DNA from: Selaginella moellendorffii
Taxonomy: Eukaryota; Plantae; Lycopodiophyta
DNA: 64,000 nucleotides
Direction of reading: 5' to 3'
NCBI RefSeq assembly: GCF_000143415.4
Contig: NW_003314289.1
Span: 908,035-972,034 of the forward strand
Under the pieces are notes generated by a model that was given only the letters and a program-made list of their open reading frames with translations, was not told the DNA's origin and made no database searches. Below are positions 49,304 to 59,492 of the stretch, piece by piece (within the stretch, counting starts at the first letter, position 1; the number at the start of each line of letters is the position of its first letter). Made by a program: the position numbers and the translations under genes.

Positions 49304-49740
49304 GGTTCTCGCGATTAGGGCATCTTCTTTGATTAGTCCAGTCAGTGACAAAGAATTAAGCATTAATTTATTGGTAATATTATTTTGTGTTAATAATAAT
49401 AAAATTTAAACTTAAAGATATGAAAATTCTCTCCTTCTTGGAATGGAAGATGAACACTAAAATTAATATATATTAAGTGGGAATAGGAAACAAGAATAAT
49501 TTTCTTATGTTAGTATTGGGATTTCAAGCATTTCCCAAGTAGCTTCCATACAAAAACTTTCTAAGAATCATGACCAAGTTGAGAGCTCTTCAAGTAGAAC
49601 TCAAACTCTTTCATCTCATTGCAAGCAAGATTTCATTCTCCCTCAGGTATCCCCAGCCTTCCTTCTGATACAAGAAGTTCTGCTGTGACTTATTGAGGCA
49701 TTCTTCCTCGAGTTGAGAGCAACTTTTAGGGTAAACTGGG

Positions 49741-49831
49741 TTTCACAGTATCTATAGTGGTACAAAAATTGTTTCAACTTTGTAGAAGTTGAAACAATTT
49801 TTGTATCACAAGAGGTATTGTAGGAATGAAA
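49741..49831. other. Long fold-back hairpin
   Basis: Perfect 20-bp inverted repeat 49761-49780 / 49786-49805, extendable outward with G-U pairs. Confidence 0.8.
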
Positions 49832-50937
49832 GCACTTGTTGCAAACACAAGCTCGAGCTCAAACTATGCATCTGCTACAAAGTAGACGGTCAACAATTGC
49901 TGCAATAAGTCCAGACGAGTAGCTCACAACATACCATCGTGCTTCTCACAGGCACGCCAAACTCCATCATAGAGAACAACATATGCAATTGAAGAGCTGG
50001 ACGAATGGAACTGTTATACTCAAACCGGTATTAGTGAGAAAAGACACCATGTCTCACCTGTAAATAGCAGCTGTTTTGAAATCTCACAAGTGGCTACTGA
50101 AACTGTGACAAATTTATCAACTAAAATGAAATAAGTGTCAATATGAAATTACTAGTGGATGCTTACACTTCTACGAGATCATATCTAGAGAAGCACACAC
50201 AAGGAGAGCATGTCAGCCAACTTCACTAATTTGTTTCAAATTCATAGCTTCCATTCCAGAAGCTGTTTCAATCAAAAACTAAACATAAAACACTTATAGA
50301 AGAATGGAAAGAACTTTACCAACAATTGCTTCGTGCATATGGCTGCTGATGTGAGAAAATACTTCCATATTTTCGTTGTGAACAGCCACAAACAACTATT
50401 TTGTGCCCGTTTCAGAATATAGACAGGAAGTAGAATAAAAGAGAAGTAGAGTTCTCTTACAAGAAACTTAGGGAGTATTTTTCCAGACGTCTAATTCTTC
50501 CCTTGTTGTAACCTTCACCATCCAAGACCAAAAACAGTGATGTCTCTAGACAGGAAATGTTAATGCAACAAACCTCTGCCAATGGAGAAGTTGAAAATTG
50601 TTTGCTAGTCTAGTAGCTACCAGTCAATTTCCTTTCTTGTATGGAGACATACTAGGTATTCTGCAAGATTACTGGAACTTTGCTGCTGTTTAGGGTTCTT
50701 TGGATGGCAATCTTCACCTTGACATGCGCAACTCTCGAGATCGTCTGGCAGCAATTGCATTCTTAGATTGCATTCTTAGATGCTGTTTGTTGCCGCTTGA
50801 AACTGCGTTGTGGATTGTGCATCCACAAGGCTTCAATCCAAAAGGCTGATAGATAACCTTTGATTTCATTTGTTCAAAACGCTGCTGTGAAATTTAAACA
50901 AAGTGCAGTAGCAACACACTGAATCCATGCCAAACGA

Positions 50938-51726
50938 TGGCATCAGAATCACCGTCAAGTTCTAATCATCAATCAGCCCTAATCTGGGAGACTAGGGCAT
51001 GAGTTGGACGACGGCGACGCTCATGCAAGTGCCAGGCCAGAGCGCGGGCCTCGGGACGACGATGGAATGGATAGCAGGCCTCTTGGGCTTCCAAAGCGCT
51101 GGCTTAGCAGCAGGGATGACCATGGAATGGATGACTCTAGCTTGTGCAGGCGACGCTCGGGCAAGCGCAGGCTTGACGATGGAATGGATGCCTCTAGCTC
51201 CCGCAGGCCACGCTCGGGCGACAGGCCGCGCTCCAGGAGCCCCAAACGCAGGCGCAGCAGCAGGAGCGGCGCCTCCCCAAGGCGTCCATGCACGGAGGAG
51301 AAGGAGAAGCTCCACCCCAGCGGCCTTGACGAGGTGGTGGCTATGAAGTATGGCTTCTTTCCAGTTCATAACAGGGACACTCCTCGGGACGAGGATGGGA
51401 AGAAGAGCGACGTCTTCTTGTGCAACAAGGCTGCCTACCAGGTGTTCAATGATGCTCATCTCCGAGGAACGGAGCTGGGCGCCTGGGTGGCCAAGCATCT
51501 CCGCCTCGGTGCCTTGTTCGTGCACCACAACTACGACCAGGTACCGGGCTGGAGGGTGATCACACTGTTTGGGCGACACAAGGCAATGCTGCCAACCCGA
51601 GGCAAGAAGGTGATTTTCTGTTAAGAAGTTTTCTACTTGATGGATAGTATTGATTCTTTTTCTTTGTCCTCGCAGGTTATTCCGGAATGGCTCAAGCTCC
51701 ATGGCCAGCAGGATGATGCAGAATGA
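50938..51726 (+). pseudogene. Unidentified GC-rich coding-like segment (Arg/Ser-rich repeats plus a globular part); start unclear
   Basis: 206-codon open frame 51004-51624, intron-like gtgatt..cgcag ~51610-51675, three GA(C/T)GA(C)xATGGAATGGAT-type repeats; upstream ATG at 50938 meets a stop at ~51000. Confidence 0.45.
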
Positions 51727-51974
51727 TTATTCATTAAAATGTGGTTACAGAAATAAAAGTCCCCCCCCCACATTGGCTGGATCCGACAGCCCAAAAACCT
51801 TAGCAACTCTTCCCTATTATTATAAACTAGTATTTGCCCAGCCAATGCTGGGTAGTTGGCAAAGCCTCTCAAACTCACCAATACCTTTGTGACAGAACTT
51901 GCTAACTGTTGTTTTATGTTCATTGCAAAGAAAAAGAAAAAGACATTATTGTTATTATTACATCATTGTTATTG

Positions 51975-53660
51975 TTATTGTTTCTTAACCAGGATGGCTA
52001 CCACCTTTTCATGCAAATCATTGTCACTCCATTCATCTCTATAGCTATCTGGATTGAGCTTCCTGTTATCCCGTGTGCTTAGAAAGAGCTCCTTCCTCCA
52101 AGGCTCAAAGCCATGGCAAGTTCCTCCACACTGCTTTGCTAGCCATTCAGCATAGTCGAACTAGATGGAAACAGTAGGCATTAGAAACTAAAAGAGATAA
52201 AAACTAAAGAAGAGAGAAAAAGAAAACAAACCATCTCGAGATCTAGCCGGTGTGTGTGTCGATTTGGAACTCTCTGAGCTTCGAGAGTTCTGTAAAAGCC
52301 CACAACTTCGTTCGCCATCTCTCCTTTCGGTGGTAAACTAGCTCGTCCTTTGAGCACGGCAGCAATCCATTTAGCTTGTAGCTCGCTCAAAGGAAAAGGG
52401 ATAGCCTGGAAAGGACGACAACTTAGATGGAAGAGCTCGAAGAAATAAACGATGAAAACCTTCCAAGGCAGGCCAATAAACGAGAGAGATGGAGCCAACG
52501 CAGGAGGAAAGACATGCTTAAACAAAGGTCCAACGCGATTGTCTTCCACTTTAACGTAGTTTTTGGTATCCAAGAATGAGAAGTCATATAAGTAACTGCA
52601 AAAGCACATTATGTGAAACGAAAAAGAGAAGGAGAACTCGGAAATTACCCAGTGCAATGCAAGATAGCATCCACAACAGCTGATGTTCCATCCATAAAAT
52701 GCAATCGTCCATCTTTGTCAGCTTTTGATATCTGAGAGTAGAAACTTTAGAGAGAAGACGAAAACAACGCAACTTTGATCTTACCATCAAGTGTCTTTGG
52801 ATCTTCCCTTGTTGAAGTGACTCTACCGGAGAATTCCATAACTTGGCACACCAGTGAACTTGCTTGCAAGCAGCAGCAATGTCGCTGCACAAATCTTCGC
52901 CGCTTGGACCATTTCCAATCACTGCTACCACCTTGTGAAACAATGAAACTGATGGAGAGCTTTCCAGGTTTGAAAAATCACTAGTTTGATCATCCAAACC
53001 TGGTCTTTGAAAAGATCTGGAGTGCGATAGGTATGACTGTGGTATTGTTTTCCAGGCCACCTCTCAATCCCTGTAGAAACAAAGAGTTCTTCGTTCTATC
53101 TATGAAGTTCTGATGCTTTGAGAAAACTTACCAGGAATTTGAGCGACCCTTGGCTGGAAATAATGGCCATTACAAACCACGACCGCGTCAAACAGGTCCT
53201 CACTCTCTTTTTCTTCCTTTCCAACGCTGCTCAAGCTCTTGACGATCCAATTGCTCTCCATCAATCCAACATACTTGACTTTGGAGTTAAATCTCACGTA
53301 GCCATGGAGCCCAAACTCCACCGTAAAGCTCTCGAGGTAATCCAAGACTTCCTCGTGGCCGGGGAATCTCCTCGCATCCCTGGACGAGCGGCGCGGCACG
53401 AAAGGATAATCCAAGAAGCCCATGACCTCCCGCGGCAAATTCGTGCGCAGCGATTGATAGATGCTGCTGTGGCATGAATGATTGCGGGCCACATTTGATG
53501 CTCTAGAGTGAGACTCTTGCGGTGGAGGATCATACACCCATGTACCTCCGATTCGCCGGGCTTGCTCGAAGATCACGACGCTGTGGCCCTCTCGCAGGAG
53601 CTCCCGAGCGGCTACAAGACCCGACGCGCCAGCGCCAATCACTGCTACTCTCTTCTCCAT
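51975..53660 (-). CDS. Flavin-containing monooxygenase, copy B (tandem duplicate of copy A)
   Basis: Same motifs and intron positions as copy A. Confidence 0.92.
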
Positions 53661-53934
53661 GGTTCTCGCGATTAGGGCACCTACTTTGATTATTCCAGTC
53701 AGTGGTCAAAGTAGATTATGGAATATACTAACAATACCAGATTTGCCATATGTAAATGTAAGAAGAGCTAGCAGCGAGCTGTGAGTTTTATCTATATTCC
53801 AATGTCATAAAGCTATTTCAGTATCAAGATTTGATATCCTTTTTTTTAAGTTCTCTCTATAATATCAAGGAAAATTCGCTTACTAAACTCTGTTTAACTT
53901 AGTGTCCTACTGCGGCACGAAGAGCTAGCCAATA

Positions 53935-54490
53935 CTCCCGCAAGTTTTTAGAGAAGTCTTGAATGACACTTCCAAGGGTCATGGTAAACTTGCCAACCAG
54001 AGAAGTTCTCGTTATCAACGGGGCTCAACAAGGTACCGCCGGAATGGAGATGCGCGAGAAACCCAGCTTTAACATTACTCTTGTACTCAATTTCGTCATC
54101 TAAGTTTACCACTCTAGCTTCCGCAAGCATCCCACGCAGGGTAATTTACGAGTTCTCTTTTTCTTTTTCGTTTCATATAATGTGCTTTTGCATCCTTGGA
54201 CACGGAAGACAATCACGTTGGACCTTTGTTTAAGCATGTATTTCGTCCTGCGTTGGCTCCATCTCTCGTTTGTTGGCCTGCCTTAGAAGGTTTTCATCAT
54301 TTATTTTCTTTGAGATCTTGCATCTAAGTTGTCGTCCTTTCCAAACTATTCCTTTTCCTTAACTTATACAGAACTCTAAACGCAAGGAACAATAACATTT
54401 TCTTTTTGCAATGAACATCAAACAACAGTTTAAACATATCTATAGGACAGATGGCACACTTAGAAGATGTTTAATTTTTATTTCCAGCAT
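53935..54490 (+). pseudogene. Fused inverted fragments of glyoxal oxidase (53960-54138) and FMO (54139-54430)
   Basis: TLPRVM..EVLVINGAQQGTAG matches the reverse complement of 56283-56475; the following sequence matches FMO exon/intron pieces with deletions. Confidence 0.85.
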
Positions 54491-54606
54491 AGTTATATGT
54501 TTTAAGATCATTGGCCCAACTAGGAACCCTGGACCTCAAGGAGAAGAGCCTTGTCTCTAACCAACAGGTTTACAAATGCTTGATATTTGTTCACTCAATA
54601 TTGAAA

Positions 54607-55521
54607 ATGTTTTTGCTGCCTTGCATCTTGATCTATTATACTGTTTTCCCTATGGCATTAGTAATAGCTCCTGGTAAAGAAATGATCTTTGTATTTAAAG
54701 GAACCTCTGGAGCACTTACTCGAGGAGATATTGATCGTGTATTCTTTCATCTACGTATGTCTCCTATTTTTGAGTTGTATGAGTCAGAAACAACACCTGT
54801 AAAAACAGTAATCAAGAACAGCATTACAGAAGAGGGCAGCGATCGTGTAATTGATATCTATTTTTACATTTTCTCAGCATCCACAGATTGTAGTCGGCCT
54901 AATGAGAATGGAAGAGTGAACAATACCAAAGTTATTAAAGTGATAGATAGAGTGGCAAAACTAGTTTTACCCCAAGCACTATCTACACGTGCATCTTATC
55001 ATTTTATATTTATTGCAGACCCAGAAGTTGGAGTCTTTGGTTTAGCATATGTTGTAAGAGGATACCACTCACGTCCAATGGCCCCATCTAATGAAAATAT
55101 AATAGCTAAAGGGTCTTATTTTTCTTGCAATCCAGAGGACTTTACACTTTTCAGTGGATACAAAAATATGATTCTAGCAACCCGGTGGCCTGGTCAATTG
55201 CTAGTAATTTTCTTGAAATCAATTGTTTTTATAATGCAAGAAGACTGTAATGCTGTATTATATTTTGGTAAAATATCAATATGGGACTCAAAAACATATG
55301 GGATGAGTTTTGATTGTGTTTTTAGGATGCAAGAGGATGGAAATTTAGTTCTTTATTCAGCATTTGATAGTGAATCATTATGGTCAACTGGTAATTATTG
55401 CAAGCCCCAACCAAATTGTGTTGCACTCTCAGAATTGGCACTTGAACAAGACTGTAATTTGGTTGTTTATAAATATGGGAAACCAAATGTTCAATCTTGG
55501 GCAAGCAAAACCAAATGCTAA
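54607..55521 (+). CDS. Putative secreted protein: unidentified N-terminal domain + C-terminal bulb-type lectin
   Basis: Intact ~304-codon ORF in AT-rich DNA; hydrophobic N-terminus; MQEDCNAVLY, MQEDGNLVLY, LEQDCNLVVY, IWDSKT, LWSTG, WASKT. Confidence 0.8.
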   Translation: MFLLPCILIYYTVFPMALVIAPGKEMIFVFKGTSGALTRGDIDRVFFHLRMSPIFELYESETTPVKTVIKNSITEEGSDRVIDIYFYIFSASTDCSRPNENGRVNNTKVIKVIDRVAKLVLPQALSTRASYHFIFIADPEVGVFGLAYVVRGYHSRPMAPSNENIIAKGSYFSCNPEDFTLFSGYKNMILATRWPGQLLVIFLKSIVFIMQEDCNAVLYFGKISIWDSKTYGMSFDCVFRMQEDGNLVLYSAFDSESLWSTGNYCKPQPNCVALSELALEQDCNLVVYKYGKPNVQSWASKTKC

Positions 55522-55807
55522 GCTTACTATGGTTATTATTATTATTATTTATGTTTGATTATAATTTTTTTTTAAAAAAGATATAATATCCAAAGGAATG
55601 TCGTGAAATAGATGCAGTAAAGTCAATGCCACTACCCTTTATATTGATTTAGATTAATTTTTGTATGTTTCACAAAGTGTTTTAAACCTTTTGTTTTAGT
55701 GTCACTATTATTCCTAGTAGATTCCGTCCGCCACTAGGAAACCTCCAAAGTCTTTTGTGTGGAATCCCTTGTATAATTCATGTGAAAGAATATAAATCGC
55801 CTATAAA

Positions 55808-57421
55808 CTAGAGCATTTGTATCCATTTCCCTATGCTGGGGACTCCACTATTGACAACGAAAAGCATGTAATACCCCGGAGGGGCTATTGTTTTTGTAGG
55901 AGGCGCTCGTACTACGAACGTATAGTATCCAGAATTCTCATCAAGTACTGGCGTGCTTGATTCCAGCTTGAGCAGCCTCTGATTCATGGAATAAGCGTGT
56001 GTCGCAAAGGCTGGAGCATACAAAGTAGCTTCCGTGTCGCCCAATACCGAGACCGAGAACTCGATCGTGATCTGAGAGTTGTATCCAATCACCACCTTAG
56101 ACATGGAACTTATCTCAGCTCTCACACCATCGAAATACGAGTCCAAGTATGGAGGGCTGAAAGCTTCGATCCTCAGCTCTGTGGGGAACAAAACTTCGCT
56201 AAAGTCATAGCCAACGTTTGGATTGCTCCCGGCCACGAGAACTCTGGTATCCGGTAGCAAAATCGCTGTGGAGTGGTACATGCGTGGGATACTTGCGGAA
56301 GCTAGAGTGGTGAACTTGGACGACGAAGTTGAGGAAGGAGAATACAAGAGTGGTGTCAAAGCTGGGTTTCTCGCGAACCTCCATCCGGCGGTGCCTTGTT
56401 GAGCCCCGTTGATAATGAGAACTTCTCCGGTTGGTAAGTTTAACATGTCGCCCATGACCCTTGGAAGTGGCATCTCTTCCAATATCCAACTTGGGTTATT
56501 GTCCGTCACCACCATTCTCCCACAAGTTTTTAGAGCAGTCTCGAACGACCCCGATGATGCTTGCTTATAAGCCGTCTTTGAAGCTCCACCACAGATCAGC
56601 ACCTCCACGCGCTGGAATCTCTGCGAGGCGAGCAGCGGGAGCATGACCGAGGATCCCGACGCTGGATAGTTCCTCGCGCCGCCTGGTAGACTCGGGTAGG
56701 ACCGGACGACCTTGTTGTTCTTATAGTCGAGAAGAATCGACTCGGAGTTTGCAAAGACGAACATGTTCCCGTCCGGGAGGAGGTGCAAGAAGGGATAGAG
56801 ATTGTTCTCGGATCGCCCATCGCTGGTCGAGCGAAGAAACGGAAGGCTGTAGAGGTGACCATCTCCAGGGACGAATTCATAGCTGAATGCCACTCGACCA
56901 CCGACGACTATAACGCGATTATCCGGAAGAATCTGGTTCGAGGCGTACCATCGAGGCCTCTGGAGGCCTCCGGGCTGCTCGGTCCAGTCGCAATCCTCGC
57001 AAAAGTTGTAGTGGCGGACGACTCTAGCGCCATCGTTCCATCCCCCTGTTTGAGTGAACGTACCATCGGCTCGAAAGGCCCCCGAGGAGCACCAGGTATC
57101 TGTAAGAACTTCCAGGGGACGAATGTTGCGAGTGGGAATTTGGAGCTCCACCGAGTGAGCCCAGCAATCGATCTTGAGCGCGAGATCCGAGGAATCGTTC
57201 CGGCATCGTCCGTGCGGGAGCCTTATCGCCGAGGGTCCGTAGTCCGTCCTGTCGAATATGAGAACTTTGTTGGTGTGTGAGACGAGCATATGCATGGCTG
57301 ATACACCGGAGTTTTCGACGAGCAATTCCCAGAACCCAGGAGGAGAAGCTCCGGAGCCATGCCTGAAAGCTCCAGAAACCCACAATGCTAGCACTAGTGT
57401 TGTGATCACCCGGAGTTCCAT
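55808..57421 (-). CDS. Glyoxal/aldehyde oxidase (copper-radical oxidase, AA5 GLOX-like), secreted, intronless
   Basis: GVSAMHM, TDTWCSSG, RWYASNQILPD, ENNLYPF, RNYPASGSS, PRVMGDM, PRMYHSTA, GSNPN, FATHAYSMNQR, APPGYYMLFVV. Confidence 0.96.
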   Translation of the reverse strand: MELRVITTLVLALWVSGAFRHGSGASPPGFWELLVENSGVSAMHMLVSHTNKVLIFDRTDYGPSAIRLPHGRCRNDSSDLALKIDCWAHSVELQIPTRNIRPLEVLTDTWCSSGAFRADGTFTQTGGWNDGARVVRHYNFCEDCDWTEQPGGLQRPRWYASNQILPDNRVIVVGGRVAFSYEFVPGDGHLYSLPFLRSTSDGRSENNLYPFLHLLPDGNMFVFANSESILLDYKNNKVVRSYPSLPGGARNYPASGSSVMLPLLASQRFQRVEVLICGGASKTAYKQASSGSFETALKTCGRMVVTDNNPSWILEEMPLPRVMGDMLNLPTGEVLIINGAQQGTAGWRFARNPALTPLLYSPSSTSSSKFTTLASASIPRMYHSTAILLPDTRVLVAGSNPNVGYDFSEVLFPTELRIEAFSPPYLDSYFDGVRAEISSMSKVVIGYNSQITIEFSVSVLGDTEATLYAPAFATHAYSMNQRLLKLESSTPVLDENSGYYTFVVRAPPTKTIAPPGYYMLFVVNSGVPSIGKWIQML

Positions 57422-58124
57422 GATGGATGATAACTCTATGCAAATGGATGGATGCGAAAGAACTAGATTGATCGATCGAGCTGGAAAGTGATCCTAGAGT
57501 TCCAGTAAGATGATAGATCTCTATCATTCAGTGCACCAACGCTTTGACGGAGTGCAAGCAATCACTCGGACTGTGACACGGAAGCCGAATGCCACCAAAG
57601 AAAAGACGATGTTATCGGGTATTATTCCAAGAGCGTTGCGACGTATGTACGCATGTCAGGAAGGCAGCCGCTTTGTCGTTCTACAGTCTTTTCTATTTTA
57701 ATTCCATTACCATTTTTCTGTTTTTCTGTATATTTTTATAAAGTCAGGAACACTGCATCATTCTAACGGTGGTTGTGAATTATAATATTATATAGTCCCA
57801 GACAAAAACAACGACCGGCTTCCCAAAAGTTCTATTGTTATAGTGGCCATTTTGATCCTTTCGTTGCACTGCAAACGGTGAGAATGGGACCGAGGTGAAT
57901 TAAAACATCATTGTCAAAGGTCCACACCACCTTCAACGTAATTAGTAGCACAAACTCAAACACACAGAAAAAACAAAACGAAACATGGCTAGTTGCGACA
58001 AATATGATGGAATCAAATTCATTCTTCAAACGAAACAGTTAAAAAACAGATACACATTTATTCACTCTGAAAACTAGATATGTTCAGTTTAAATCTAGAT
58101 TAATACATACAAATACTTGCCAAT

Positions 58125-58420
58125 CTTGTTTTGCCCCAAGCTCAATCTACACGGGACATCTTATCATTTTATATTTATCACAGACCATATGTTCTTGAGC
58201 TCCAAATAGATATCTTACAATGGCAGTCATCTTGCTTTAAAAGAGCATTTGGTTTGAAGTACCAAAGACTCCAACTTCTGGGGATAAGTTTTGATTAGGA
58301 GGATGGGCTTTATGGAGCATTTGATATTAAATCGTTATGGTCAGAAATTGCAAGCCCCAACCAGATTGTGTTACACTTTCAGAATTTACACTCAAACAAA
58401 CCTGGTATATGAATATGGAT
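58125..58420. pseudogene. Scrambled remnant of the 54607-55521 lectin-fusion gene
   Basis: 58130-58186 matches 54965-55021; 58260-58282 is the reverse complement of 55020-55043; 58298-58400 matches 55332-55450. Confidence 0.8.
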
Positions 58421-58526
58421 AGCCAAATCTTCATATTACAATATTGCCACATCAACCGGGTTATAACATGTCATAGCAGTGTGACTTGTGGTATCACGGT
58501 CTTGCTCACGTTTCTAAAGCAAGAAA

Positions 58527-59393
58527 ATGCCGAACTTCTTTGGTGTCACTCGACTTGGACCTCCAGACCTGTTTGCTTGTAGTTCCAAGGAGCATTGCTC
58601 TCGGTGTGACCAAAAGCCTCGAAAGGGCATTGCCGAGACATCACTGTATCGCTTCATTGAGGCGTTCCAGGAGCGCCAAGAGACCGAGAATCTGTCGCAG
58701 CAAGTGAGACGAGTTAACGTTCCACAGGTGATTGAGAAAGCTCTGGGTAGAAAACTGGATGATCAAGAGGCGCAGTTTATGGTAGAGTAAGTTCTTTTCC
58801 TCGAAATGTGGTTTTCTCGTGTAAAGCATGCTTGCTTCTAGTGTAGACACTTTCGACTCAACATTGGGAACATAAGCTTGGGAGAGTTTGAGTTTTGTAT
58901 GAAGAGATTCCACCATGCTCAAGGTATGAATCCATGAGACGAAAGAACCCATCGTGAAACGCTTTTGGGATTCAAGGTGAGGCTGACGCTGCAGCCCAAG
59001 ACAAACGCAAAGGAAGAGCCTGCGGTAAGAACAGCGATCACCATTTTCTCTTTCTCGTATGAATGGAATGGAATGTCCGAAACAGGTGGTGATTATGAGA
59101 TTCCAAAGAGAAATTCCAGTGCTGCGGTGCGAAAACTATCGTTTCCTCTCTGGATCTTGATAGAAGTTCTTCTTATTTGCTTTGGTTCGCAGATCGCAGG
59201 GCTCAAAGTGAAACACATTCGCAACAATTTCGCTCCAGTAGACGTGCTCCAATACCCTCTCACCGAGAGCCAGGAAATTGGATGGGATATCGAGGCGAGA
59301 ACAAAGCCCAAAGACGAGTACTACCCTCGCAAGCAAGAGGACGTCACGAGAAGCGAAGGGATTTGCCTGGAAAACTACTATCCCACATTCTAG
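58527..59393 (+). CDS. Putative axonemal microtubule inner protein (FAP85/TEX49-like), multi-exon
   Basis: N-terminal MPNFFGVTRLGP and C-terminal YPLTESQEIGW..YYPRK motifs, recalled from that family; short introns. Confidence 0.55.
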
Positions 59394-59492
59394 GAGCTCT
59401 AGCCCTAAACTTTAAAAAGCGAATATGCTAGTTCTAGAATATGCTTCTACTTAAGAAGCATGTTTCTGTAGAGCTCTAGGGTTTGAGCGAAA

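Noticed and set aside
56783-57527. 165- and 167-aa ORFs overlapping GLOX
   Set aside because: Alternative-frame or antisense shadows of the oxidase gene.
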